From: Myxococcota bacterium
GTDB lineage: Bacteria; Myxococcota_A; Polyangia; Palsa-1104; JAEUJZ01
Length of the DNA: 33,238 nt
NCBI GenBank assembly: GCA_025057315.1
Contig: JANWXW010000113.1
Span: forward strand, 1 to 33,238
Direction: 5' to 3'
Shown: piece after piece, positions 1 through 10,877 of the stretch
Layout: every line of letters begins with the position of its first letter
How positions within the stretch are numbered: the stretch's first letter is position 1
Made by a program: the position numbers and the translations under genes
Notes under the pieces: generated by a model
Database searches by the model: none
What the model was told of the DNA's origin: nothing
What the model saw: the letters and a program-made list of their open reading frames with translations, nothing else

Positions 1-138
1 CGCGGCGCGCAGGCAGGCGTCTCCACGCCGCTCAACTCGGCCCTGGTGGAGCTGGTACACGCCATCGCGGCACAGCGGCAGCGTTCCGGTCTGGACACGC
101 TGCGCGCCTTCTACGAGCACCACGTGGCCAGCGCCTGA
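1..138 (+). CDS. C-terminal fragment of a protein entering from upstream (function unknown)
   Basis: Frame 1 is open from the window edge to TGA at 136-138 (…LNSALVELVHAIAAQRQRSGLDTLRAFYEHHVASA*). GC3-rich codons. Convergent with lon. Confidence 0.35.
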   Translation, partial: RGAQAGVSTPLNSALVELVHAIAAQRQRSGLDTLRAFYEHHVASA

Positions 139-351
139 CCGGCCCCCGCGCACAGCCCTTCCCCGGGCCGGTCTCGCGGTTCCTGGCGCCGCGCCTCCCC
201 ATGGGTGGGGTAGATGACCCCGGACATAGCCCTCCCCCTGCGCCGGTCCGCGGAGGGTCCGCGCATCGGGCGGCAGGCAGTGGAGCATCTTGTTGATAGA
301 TGGGGGAGGGGGCCTATCTTCCTGCGGGTCCGCGCCTGGGGCGGGGGCCTG

Positions 352-2799
<2,448 letters not shown>

Positions 2800-2892
2800 T
2801 GCAGTGGCTCCTTCAGACCCTAGGTGTGCAGGCCAGACAGAGACGGGGGGCCGCAGCCCCGCCCTGAGCTGTTTTGCTAAAGCTTATCATAC

Positions 2893-3105
2893 TTACTGCG
2901 TGCGCGTCGGCAACCCATGGTCAGGCACCGGCGCGCACGGGGCGGCGCTGTTCCAGCCACAGCGCCGGGAGGCGAACTCGATGTCCAGCTCATCGGCGAA
3001 CATCTCGTCTAGCAGCCCGTCGACATCCAGGTCCAGACCAACACCGCTCAGCTCGGCGCGCTCCAGCTCTTCAAAGGTTCGGAATACTCGGGGCAAGCTG
3101 CGCAT
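2893..3105 (-). CDS. small acidic hypothetical protein (70 aa) directly upstream of lon
   Basis: ATG at 3105 preceded by AGGAGG with a 6-nt spacer. GC3-rich codons. MRSLPRVFRTFEELERAELSGVGLDLDVDGLLDEMFADELDIEFA… No homology recognised. Confidence 0.45.
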   Translation of the reverse strand: MRSLPRVFRTFEELERAELSGVGLDLDVDGLLDEMFADELDIEFASRRCGWNSAAPCAPVPDHGLPTRTQ

Positions 3106-3142
3106 CGGCGACCTCCTGTGTGTCAGGAAGAGTAGTTCAATA

Positions 3143-3156
3143 TCCTACATGTAGGA
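3143..3156. promoter_or_regulatory. perfect 14-bp palindrome TCCTACATGTAGGA in the lon/parAB divergent intergenic region
   Basis: Read directly from the sequence; the sequence equals its reverse complement. Overlaps an AGGAGGA+ATG(3164) mini-ORF of 24 codons. Confidence 0.5.
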
Positions 3157-3273
3157 GGAGTAGATGCCGGTCTGGGGGGTAGGTCAACTTTTTCCGCCAC
3201 TTTTTTTGGGGCCGTGCCGTTTCCGTCGCTATGTTTAGCCAGTCCTGGTAGCCGCCGCGTTCTCAGGGAGAAA

Positions 3274-4086
3274 ATGAGCCGTATCATTGCCATTGCGAAC
3301 CAGAAAGGAGGCGTGGGCAAGACCACCACCGCGGTGAACCTTGCAGCCGCGCTGGCCCACGAAGGGCACAAGGTACTGGTCGTGGATGCCGATCCACAGG
3401 GCAACGCCACCTCGGGGCTGGGCTTCCCCAAGGGCAGCGTGGAACAAGGGTTGTACCAGGCCCTGATCGATCGGGTGTCGCTGCGCGAGCTGACGCAGCT
3501 TACGCTCCTGCCGACGCTGTGGCTGGTGCCAGCCACAGCGGACCTGGCCGGTGCCGAGATCGAGTTGGTGGGGGAGGAGCGCAGGGAGTGGCGCCTGCAC
3601 GACGCACTGGAGCCGGTGCGCGAGCGCTATGACTACGTGATGATCGACTGCCCGCCGTCGCTGGGGCTGCTCACGCTGAACGCCCTGGTGGCGGCCGATC
3701 GGGTGGTCATCCCCATGCAGTGCGAATACTATGCCCTGGAGGGGTTGTCCCACCTGTGCAGCACCATCGAGCGCGTCCGCGCCGTCTGGAAGCCCCAGCT
3801 CGAAATCGAAGGGATCCTGCTAACCATGGTGGATGGACGGACCAACCTGAGCCAGCAGGTGGAAGGGGAGGTGCGGAGCCACTTTGCCAAGCGCGTCTAC
3901 ACCACCGTCATCCCGCGCAACGTCCGCCTGTCGGAGGCCCCCTCCCATGGCATGCCCATCATCCTGTACGATGCCTCCTCCCGCGGCTCGCAGAGCTACC
4001 AGCAGCTGGCGCGCGAGTTCCTCCAGCGGCAGATCCCGCAGAGCGCCAGCACGCCGACGCGGCGCTTCCCGGCAAGGCTGGTGTAG
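3274..4086 (+). CDS. parA: chromosome partitioning ATPase ParA (Soj)
   Basis: MSRIIAIANQKGGVGKTTTAVNLAAALA deviant Walker A; start at 3274 after AGGGAG (the ORF track's 3214 start adds 20 non-conserved residues). Followed 3 nt later by parB. Confidence 0.9.
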   Translation: MSRIIAIANQKGGVGKTTTAVNLAAALAHEGHKVLVVDADPQGNATSGLGFPKGSVEQGLYQALIDRVSLRELTQLTLLPTLWLVPATADLAGAEIELVGEERREWRLHDALEPVRERYDYVMIDCPPSLGLLTLNALVAADRVVIPMQCEYYALEGLSHLCSTIERVRAVWKPQLEIEGILLTMVDGRTNLSQQVEGEVRSHFAKRVYTTVIPRNVRLSEAPSHGMPIILYDASSRGSQSYQQLAREFLQRQIPQSASTPTRRFPARLV

Positions 4087-4089
4087 CTC

Positions 4090-5013
4090 ATGGACAAGCG
4101 CAAGGCGCTCGGACGCGGGCTAGGGGCGCTCATCCCGACCCTGCCCAGGCCAGAACACACATCGCCGCCAGAAGACGGCCCTGCGCCACCGGGTCGGCGA
4201 GAGTACTTTTTGTGCCCCATTGAGGAAATCGTGCCCTCGGAGCACAACCCGCGGCACCGCCACGACGAGCAGCGGCTGGAGGAGCTGGCGGCCTCGATTC
4301 GCAGCCAGGGCCTGGTGCAGCCCCTGGTGGTGCGGTTGCGCACCCCGGCCGAGCAGAGTGACGGTCGCGGGGCGAGCTTTGCCCTCATTGCGGGGGAGCG
4401 GCGCTGGCGGGCAGCGCAGCGCGCAGGGCTGCGGGAGGTGCCGGTGGTGGTCAAGGAGGTCAGTGCGGCCCGTGCATTTGAGCTGGCGCTCGTCGAGAAC
4501 TTGCAGCGCGAGGACCTCAACGTCATCGAGGAGGCAGAGGCCTATCGGCGGCTGTCGGAGGAGTTCGGCTACACCCAGGAGGAACTGGCGCAGCGGGTGG
4601 GGCGGGCCCGCGAGACGGTGGCCAACGTGCTGCGGTTGTTGCGCCTGCCAGAGCAGGTGCGACAGATGGTGGCCCGAGACGAGCTGTCCATGGGCCACGC
4701 GCGGGCATTGCTCGGGCTGGAGGACGAGGAGGCCATCATCCGCACGGCGCTGCAGGTGACCGCGCGACGCCTGTCGGTGCGGCAGACAGAGCTGCTGGTT
4801 CGTCGAGAGAAGTCCCCACCAGCCGAGGAGCCGCAGCGGGCACCGGACAAGTCGCCCGCCGTGCGCGATGTGGAGGAGCGACTGCAGAAGGCTCTCGGGA
4901 CGCGGGTGACTTTGCTCATGAAGGACGGCCGCAGCGGACGCATCGAGATTCACTTCCACAGCCTCGATGAGCTGGATGGGCTCATCGCGCGGCTGGGCGC
5001 CGCCCCTACTTGA
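4090..5013 (+). CDS. parB: chromosome partitioning protein ParB (Spo0J)
   Basis: ParB box GERRWRAA, HTH region ELAQRVGRARETVANVLRLL, C-terminal dimerisation region. Immediately downstream of parA. Confidence 0.9.
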   Translation: MDKRKALGRGLGALIPTLPRPEHTSPPEDGPAPPGRREYFLCPIEEIVPSEHNPRHRHDEQRLEELAASIRSQGLVQPLVVRLRTPAEQSDGRGASFALIAGERRWRAAQRAGLREVPVVVKEVSAARAFELALVENLQREDLNVIEEAEAYRRLSEEFGYTQEELAQRVGRARETVANVLRLLRLPEQVRQMVARDELSMGHARALLGLEDEEAIIRTALQVTARRLSVRQTELLVRREKSPPAEEPQRAPDKSPAVRDVEERLQKALGTRVTLLMKDGRSGRIEIHFHSLDELDGLIARLGAAPT

Positions 5014-5224
5014 GGCGCAGCAGCGGCTGGCCCTCGGTCACCGCCTGGCCCTCCTGCACCAGGATCTCATCTACCTCGCCCGCTTCCTCCACCTCCACGG
5101 GCATCTCCATCTTCATCGACTCTAAAATCACGGCCACTGTGCCCGGCTCGACCCGGTCGCCGGGGCGGACCTGGATCTTCCACACGGTGCCCGTGATGTG
5201 GGCAGCAACGACCTTGGCCATCAT
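5006..5224 (-). CDS. biotin/lipoyl attachment domain protein (BCCP-like, 72 aa)
   Basis: Canonical biotinyl domain with E(S)MKM motif (…GTVAVILESMKMEMPVEV…). ATGATG start with AGAGGA Shine-Dalgarno. Its 3' end overlaps the parB 3' end by 8 nt (convergent). Confidence 0.8.
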   Translation of the reverse strand: MMAKVVAAHITGTVWKIQVRPGDRVEPGTVAVILESMKMEMPVEVEEAGEVDEILVQEGQAVTEGQPLLRLK

Positions 5225-5333
5225 ACCGTTCCGTTCCTCTTTTTGGTTTTGGTTGGTTTTTTGGTTGGTGGTACGCGTCTGTGTCTGCGCTTGACGTGGT
5301 GAGCGTTTCTCTCTCTAAAGATAAAGACACGAC

Positions 5334-6791
5334 CTACATACGACGCAGTGTGTCAATAAGGGCACCTAGGCGCGCTGGCACGGCGCGGAAGCGCAGGGCC
5401 GCCGAGATGCCATCGACAAACCGGTAGTTGCCCTGCGCATCCTGGGCGAAGACACACCGCCGCATGGGGTCTGCGTTGGGATGGCTCGTATCGCCGTTGC
5501 GGATGATGGTCCCATCTCCGTCGCGGCACGTGTCCACCACCAGCGGCCTCTGGTTGGGATTGGCGACCCAGAAGGTCTCCAGGCCATCGCGATCCACGTC
5601 CATGTCCGGCAGCAGGTGCCCCTGCTCATCCATCTTGAGCATGAGCAAGGTTCCCACCGCTCCGCCGGCCCAGATGACGTCAAAGAGCGACTGGGGAGGG
5701 GTGATGAGGCCCTTCACTTCAATCCGGTCCAGCCGCGCCAGGCTCACGGCCTGCAACACCCCACCTAGCAGCCCCTCCTCCAGGTAGGTGCGGTCGCCCA
5801 CCGTCCGCAGGATCCCGCGCACGCGGGCGCCAGACAGCTCCAGCTCCAGGGGCAGATTCTGCACGAGCTCAAGAGAGATGCGGAACAGGTCGGGCCCGGC
5901 CTCTAGCAGGCCGTTGCGGACCACGCCACTGCGGAACACCAGCAGCGGCCGCCCCATGGCATCCAGAGAAACACGCTGGACGTCGAGTGCAACGTTGGCA
6001 TCGCCGAACGGATCGCAGGCTGGCGCGTTGTCGGGGATGCCATCGCAATCATAGTCTATGCCATCGCAGCGCTCGACGCCCGCGGGCAGGCCCCGACCCA
6101 CCACCTGGGGGTGGCGCAAGCGGGCCAGCGGCACAGGGCCCGCCTCGGTCATGACCGGTTCGGAGGTGGGCCGGTCGTCGCAGTCACCCTCGGCGAGGCT
6201 GACGCCGTCGCCGTCGAGATCCCTCGGGTCGGCAGCGGGCTCGCGGGGCCTGGCGTTGTCCGCATAGCCGTCGCAGTTGTCATCCAAGCGGTTGTCGGGC
6301 ACCTCCTGCCGACCGGGGCGTACCTCCGGGTCGTGATCGTTGCAGTCGCCCTTGGCGCCGTGTTTGTCAAAGCTCCAGTTGGTATCTTTGCCGTCCCCGT
6401 CGCGGTCCTTGTTGAACTGGCCGAGATAGAAGGCGATCTTGGTGCAGGATGAATTCTCGCCAGCCAGGCCGAACAGTTCGAGGGGGATGACCACATCATG
6501 GCGCCGGCGGAACGACTCCTCCAGCGGCTCCGCAGCGAGCGAGTGCACCACGCCAAGCTTGTTGTCAATGGCTCCGTCGCGGTCTAGGTCAAAGCCCTGA
6601 TTCGGGCCGGCGACCTGCAGCTCGGCAATGACCAGCGTGCGGTCCCCCTTGCCATAGGCCACCGTCGGTCCGTTGCACTCCGGAGCCGGGGCGAAGGGGT
6701 TGTCAGCCGCTGGGTCTGTGCACCCGGCGACCCAGAGAAGCGCCGGCAGCGACCGCAGGAGGCGAACGAGATTGGGAAATTTCTTGCGCAT
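5334..6791 (-). CDS. secreted lipoprotein with MopE-type Cys/Asp-rich putative metal-binding repeats and Ca-binding-like D-x-D-x-D-G motifs
   Basis: Start at internal ATG 6791 (MRKKFPNLVRLLRSLPALLWVAGC = signal peptide plus lipobox); the ORF track's 6830 start would add 13 residues. Repeats GDCNDHDPEVRPG…DDNCDGYADN and GDCDD…CDGIDYDCDGIPDN match the pattern DCDDxDxxxxPGxxExCDGxDNDCDG. Confidence 0.75.
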   Translation of the reverse strand: MRKKFPNLVRLLRSLPALLWVAGCTDPAADNPFAPAPECNGPTVAYGKGDRTLVIAELQVAGPNQGFDLDRDGAIDNKLGVVHSLAAEPLEESFRRRHDVVIPLELFGLAGENSSCTKIAFYLGQFNKDRDGDGKDTNWSFDKHGAKGDCNDHDPEVRPGRQEVPDNRLDDNCDGYADNARPREPAADPRDLDGDGVSLAEGDCDDRPTSEPVMTEAGPVPLARLRHPQVVGRGLPAGVERCDGIDYDCDGIPDNAPACDPFGDANVALDVQRVSLDAMGRPLLVFRSGVVRNGLLEAGPDLFRISLELVQNLPLELELSGARVRGILRTVGDRTYLEEGLLGGVLQAVSLARLDRIEVKGLITPPQSLFDVIWAGGAVGTLLMLKMDEQGHLLPDMDVDRDGLETFWVANPNQRPLVVDTCRDGDGTIIRNGDTSHPNADPMRRCVFAQDAQGNYRFVDGISAALRFRAVPARLGALIDTLRRM

Positions 6792-6876
6792 GTGGCCTCT
6801 GCACCAGGATCCGGCCCCGCATCGTGGCAACTCGGCCCCTGTCCGTCAAGGCCCTGCAGTGGTAAGGTGGCGATGC

Positions 6877-7389
6877 ATGCCACCGCGCAGCCATGGCACA
6901 GGGCAGTTTACTCGCAGCCAGCTGGGGCGTTGCCCGGACTCGGTCGTCATCGAGGAGGGTGTGCTCATCTTCCATCCGGAGAACGTGTTCCTCGACGAGG
7001 AGGTCTACATCGGGCATAGGGCCATTCTCAAAGGCTATTATCGGAACCAGCTCCACATCGGACGGGGGAGCTGGATCGGCCAGATGTGCTTCCTGCACGC
7101 CGCCGGCGGCATCGAGATTGGCCAGGAGGTAGGTGTCGGACCGCAGGTGTCGGTGCTGACCAGCACCCATGGGGAACCGGCCCCGGGGGAGCCCATCATG
7201 AGGGGGGCCCTGCAGTTTGCCCCGGTCCGCCTGTGCGATGGGTGCGACATTGGCATTGGAGCCATCATCTTGCCCGGCGTCACCGTCGGAGAAGGGGCCC
7301 AGGTCGGCGCCGGAGCGGTGGTCACCCGGGACGTGCCCGCCCGCGCGGTGGTTGCCGGCAATCCGGCCCGGGTGCTGCGTCAGCGATGA
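6877..7389 (+). CDS. left-handed beta-helix (hexapeptide-repeat) acetyltransferase
   Basis: Hexapeptide repeats (IGHRAILKG…IGRGSWIGQ…IEIGQEVGVG…IGIGAIILPGVTVGEGAQVGAGAVV). Start placed at ATG 6877 (AAGGTGG upstream) because the longer ORF overlaps the convergent lipoprotein gene. Stop overlaps the next start (ATGA). Confidence 0.65.
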   Translation: MPPRSHGTGQFTRSQLGRCPDSVVIEEGVLIFHPENVFLDEEVYIGHRAILKGYYRNQLHIGRGSWIGQMCFLHAAGGIEIGQEVGVGPQVSVLTSTHGEPAPGEPIMRGALQFAPVRLCDGCDIGIGAIILPGVTVGEGAQVGAGAVVTRDVPARAVVAGNPARVLRQR

Positions 7390-7694
7390 GCCAGGACCTG
7401 CGGCCCCAGCAGGGCGTTCGCTTCGAGCTCGAATGGCTCGGCATGGAACAGCAGAGCGTCCGCTACCGCGCCTGTCTACACTTGCCACAGGCGCGGCATG
7501 AGTACACCTTGCGCATCGTCCTGCCCGGCGGGACCTGTACCCTGGCCGAAGTGGGCCATGACCCACCCGGAGCACCTGCGCCGTCCGCGTCGGTGCTGGA
7601 GCACTTGCTCCGCTTGGGGCGGCAGCTGTATCGCGATGCGCAGCGCGACGGAACCTGGAAGCGGCGCGTGCTGCGCTGGCGGGACCTGGAGTGA
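7386..7694 (+). CDS. hypothetical protein (102 aa), start overlaps acetyltransferase stop (ATGA)
   Basis: MSQDLRPQQGVRFELEWLG… in frame 0. GC3-rich codons. No homology recognised. Confidence 0.4.
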   Translation: MSQDLRPQQGVRFELEWLGMEQQSVRYRACLHLPQARHEYTLRIVLPGGTCTLAEVGHDPPGAPAPSASVLEHLLRLGRQLYRDAQRDGTWKRRVLRWRDLE

Positions 7695-7746
7695 CCAAGA
7701 TCCGCCTTGCTCGCTGGGGCGGAGTGCGCTACCGAAAAGAAGTATC

Positions 7747-8082
7747 ATGTCGAAGCCCCCCACAAAGTGGTCATTTCCACGCCGTTCCTCGTCGCCGAGC
7801 GTGTTCGAGCGGTTCATCGGGCAGGAGGTGAACGTCTTTGGCCCGCGATCGTGCGAGGAGCACGAGAACTGCCTGGGCGGGGGGTATCTGCTCGGTGTGG
7901 AAGACGGTTTCCTGCTGCTGGCGGAGCGCAATGGGGAAGCACCTGACCTGGCCGTGTCGCTCAACGACGTCGTCGTGATCGCGGTGGTCAAGGACCGGCC
8001 GGAGCTTACCGCCGTCGATGGTGGCAAGGTCCATCGCCTCCGTCGCCCCGAGGCACACGAGGACGAGCCGGGCGACAACTGA
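7747..8082 (+). CDS. hypothetical small beta-rich protein (111 aa), possibly Sm-like fold
   Basis: ATG at 7747; MSKPPTKWS…FIGQEVNVFGPR…GYLLGVEDGFLLLAERNGE…VSLNDVVVIAVVKD resembles Hfq/Sm-type strand patterns only loosely. Confidence 0.45.
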   Translation: MSKPPTKWSFPRRSSSPSVFERFIGQEVNVFGPRSCEEHENCLGGGYLLGVEDGFLLLAERNGEAPDLAVSLNDVVVIAVVKDRPELTAVDGGKVHRLRRPEAHEDEPGDN

Positions 8083-8575
8083 GTGGGGCAGGTGGCCCAC
8101 GGCCGACAATCGGCCAGCCGAGCTCTGTCGGCATCGGCCGCCTCCGGCTCGGGCACGGGGCAGAGCGCGCGCAGCCTCTGCACCGCGCGCCTCCATTGGC
8201 ATAACGTCATCGGGCGCGTAGGTCAGCGGCCGGCCGAGCAGCCGACGCACCGCTCCCAGGGCGTCGGGGACCTGCGCCCCGTGCGGGGTCGCGAGCAGGG
8301 CCGGCCGGCTGGTGTGGAGGCGGCGTAGCGCTCGATGAGCTCGGCTGCTGCTCGTCGCACGTCAACATTGCCTTCGACGAGTGCGCGCTTCACCGGGGGG
8401 GCAGGTCTCCATCTGCCTCCCAACGTGCGGTACGCGTCGCAGGCGGGCGCTGCCAGGCACCCAGCCAAAGGAGCAGAGCGCGGCGCGTGGGTCGATCTAG
8501 CCCGCGACGGGGGCGCTGCCGCTCATGGAGGCTGCTCCTTGACCATAATGGACCTGCTTGAGTACTGTTAACTTT

Positions 8576-9481
8576 ATGACACGTCTCTATATTCGCGCGG
8601 TGCTCTACCCCATCGTCCTCGTTGGCATGGGCGGGCTCGGGCTGGGGGGGTGCCCGAAACCTGCCCCCCCTCCACAGCCAGTGGTCCAACCGCCGCCCCC
8701 CCCGCCTAGGGGAGACCTGTTCCGCTTCTCCCAGCAGGCCGGCACATCAGGCCAGGGCAGGGTCAGCATCCGCATCGAGAACGAGCCCCTCAACCCCAAG
8801 CCCGGTCGCAAGGGGGCGTCCAGCGGGCGGCTCATGCGCGCCTACACGCTCACCGAGGAGCACCTCATCGTCTCCGTCGATGCCGATGGGACCCAGCACA
8901 TCACCGGCAAGCTCATCGACGTCGAGGGCAAGACGGACAATCCCAAGGAGCAGCGGGAGGCCGATGCGCTCGCCCGGGCGCTCTCCGAAATCAAGATCAG
9001 CTTTGACCGCACCGCTCGCGGCGAGGTGATCCCAGCGAAGCTGGAGATTACCGATGTGAACCGGCCGCTGGATCCGCGCACCGCGCGGATTGTGGCCGGA
9101 TCGATCTATGGAGCCGGCCGCGGCCCGATCTTCCCGGAAGAGCACGTGGAGGTGGGCCGCACCTGGACGATTCGCTCGGAGGTCCCCATCCCCGGCGGCA
9201 ACATTACCTGGGAGATCGAGTACAAGTACGAGAGACGAGAGGGGAACATCGCGGTCATCAGCTTTTCTGGCAAGTCCAGCGGAGAGAGCCAGGGAGCGCA
9301 GCTGACCGGGGATGCCAAGGGTGAGCTGCGCTTCGATCTGCAAAAGGGCGCCCTGGCGGCCATGACGGTGGACACCAAGAACGCCAGCGATCCGGGGCCC
9401 CAGGCGAGCACTCCGGGGACCATCCTGCGGGTACACGTGGAGTGGGAGGCGGTCGCCCCCCAGCAGGAGGCAGCCCAGTAG
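8576..9481 (+). CDS. hypothetical lipoprotein with proline-rich linker
   Basis: MTRLYIRAVLYPIVLVGMGGLGLGGC (signal peptide plus lipobox) then PKPAPPPQPVVQPPPPPP. ORF track starts at TTG 8558; first ATG is at 8576. Confidence 0.65.
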   Translation: MTRLYIRAVLYPIVLVGMGGLGLGGCPKPAPPPQPVVQPPPPPPRGDLFRFSQQAGTSGQGRVSIRIENEPLNPKPGRKGASSGRLMRAYTLTEEHLIVSVDADGTQHITGKLIDVEGKTDNPKEQREADALARALSEIKISFDRTARGEVIPAKLEITDVNRPLDPRTARIVAGSIYGAGRGPIFPEEHVEVGRTWTIRSEVPIPGGNITWEIEYKYERREGNIAVISFSGKSSGESQGAQLTGDAKGELRFDLQKGALAAMTVDTKNASDPGPQASTPGTILRVHVEWEAVAPQQEAAQ

Positions 9482-9532
9482 GTCCCTTTGTCCCGCCTGC
9501 CCTTCCCTGCGTCCTTCGCGTACGCTCCATCC

Positions 9533-10585
9533 ATGCGTGCCATCTTGGTTGACAACGAGGGCGAGCTTGTGCTCGGCGAGGTGCCTGACCCGGTCTGCGG
9601 CGACGACGAGCTCCGCATCGAGGTCAGGGCCACCGCGGTCAACCGCGCCGACCTGCTCCAGCGCCGCGGGCTCTATCCGCCTCCCGAGGGGGCCTCGCCC
9701 ATTTTGGGGCTTGAGGCCGCAGGGCGGGTCCTGGAAGCAGGACCGGCTGCCCGGGCCGCAGGGTTTGCCGTCGGACAGCGGGTCATGGCGCTGCTGGCCG
9801 GCGGCGGCTATGCCGAGCAGGTGACGATGCCCTTCTGCCAGGCGATGCCTGTGCCGGCCCGGCTTAGCGATGAGGAGGCAGCCGCGGTGCCGGAGGCGTT
9901 TCTGACGGCGTTTTTGAACCTGTTTCTCCTGGGCGGCCTACCCTGGCGGGGTGAGGGGAAGGGGGAGACGCCCCCGCCCACCGTGCTCATCCACGGCGGC
10001 GCCTCGGGCGTGGGCACCGCCGCGCTGCAGCTGTGCCGGGCCAGCGGTGTGACGGCCCTGTGCACCGTCGGCAGCCAGGAACGCGGGGTGCGCTGCCAGG
10101 CGTTGGGCGCTGCCTTCTTTTGGGACTACCACCGCGGCGACTTTGCCCCCGCGGTGCTGGCCTACACCGAGGGGCGAGGTGTGGACCTGGTGCTCGACTG
10201 TATCGGCGGTCCCTACTTGGAGCAGAACCTGCGCGTGCTCAGGCCCGAGGGACGGCTGGTCTGCATCGGCCTCCAGGGCGGCTCCCGGGGGGAACTGGAC
10301 CTGGCGTTGCTGCTGCGCCGCCGCCTGACCGTGCGCGGCTCCACGCTGCGGGCCCTGCCAGTGGCACGCAAGGGGGCCCTGGTGCAGCGCTTTTCACAGA
10401 CCGTACTGCCCCTGCTGGCCACCGGGGAGGTGGTCCCGGTCATCGACCGCGTGCTGCCGCTGACCCAGGCGGCTGCGGCCCACCAGGCCCTGCAAGGCCC
10501 CCATGTGGGCAAGATCGTGCTCCGCGTGCACCCCGAAGACTTCCCCCCTGGCCCGCTGGCCCAACCCCTCCGGTCGGAGGGCTAG
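9533..10585 (+). CDS. qor: NAD(P)H:quinone oxidoreductase (MDR superfamily, Qor/PIG3-like, zinc-independent)
   Basis: MRAILVDNEGELVLGEVPDP…, Rossmann motif GGASGVGTAALQL, characteristic MDR architecture. Start at ATG 9533. Confidence 0.85.
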   Translation: MRAILVDNEGELVLGEVPDPVCGDDELRIEVRATAVNRADLLQRRGLYPPPEGASPILGLEAAGRVLEAGPAARAAGFAVGQRVMALLAGGGYAEQVTMPFCQAMPVPARLSDEEAAAVPEAFLTAFLNLFLLGGLPWRGEGKGETPPPTVLIHGGASGVGTAALQLCRASGVTALCTVGSQERGVRCQALGAAFFWDYHRGDFAPAVLAYTEGRGVDLVLDCIGGPYLEQNLRVLRPEGRLVCIGLQGGSRGELDLALLLRRRLTVRGSTLRALPVARKGALVQRFSQTVLPLLATGEVVPVIDRVLPLTQAAAAHQALQGPHVGKIVLRVHPEDFPPGPLAQPLRSEG

Positions 10586-10652
10586 GGGGGCGGCCAGCTC
10601 CGCAATTTTTTCCATCTGGGCATTTTGTTCTGTCATATCAGCTGGTTCGGTG

Positions 10653-10692
10653 TGTAAAAAAATTGCGCAATCTGTAAAAAAATTGCGCAATA
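10653..10692. promoter_or_regulatory. two tandem 20-bp repeats (TGTAAAAAAATTGCGCAATc/a), each with a perfect 10-bp palindrome ATTGCGCAAT; candidate enhancer-binding-protein upstream activating site
   Basis: 19/20 identity. Palindrome centres are exactly 20 bp apart. AT-rich island in a ~70% GC genome. An inverted partial copy (CGCAATTTTTT) lies at 10601-10611. Located ~190 bp upstream of the pilin gene. Confidence 0.5.
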
Positions 10693-10773
10693 AAAGCCGT
10701 GTTGGGCAGATCGGCTCCCCATCTGGACCGACGGCGGCGACGTAAGGCACATCCGAGCCCGCTGCCAGGCTGC

Positions 10774-10789
10774 CGGCACGGAAGCTGCT
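10774..10789 (+). promoter_or_regulatory. candidate sigma54 (-24/-12) promoter for the pilin gene
   Basis: cGGCACG-gaag-cTGCt; GG and GC are 12 bp apart as in the TGGCACG-N4-TTGC consensus. ~90 bp upstream of ATG 10878 and ~100 bp downstream of the tandem palindromes. Confidence 0.35.
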
Positions 10790-10877
10790 CTTCGCCGGGT
10801 GCAGAGCGGCCGGACCCCCGGGTCATCTCCCCGGCCGCGTCCCAGCAGCCCCCAGGCAGGGGCGACGAGGTCATGCG

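Noticed and set aside
4120-4959. 279-aa minus-strand ORF inside parB
   Set aside because: Antisense to a well-supported ParB. The composition is shadow-frame-like.
6703-7698. 331-aa minus-strand ORF across the acetyltransferase and small-protein genes
   Set aside because: Antisense shadow ORF (R/A/G-rich). The + strand encodes a clean hexapeptide-repeat protein.
8223-8468. 81-aa minus-strand ORF with protein-like segment (…VEGNVDVRRAAAELIERYAAS…)
   Set aside because: TTG start, no ribosome-binding site, Arg/Pro-rich ends. At best a decayed gene remnant; reported only as a finding.
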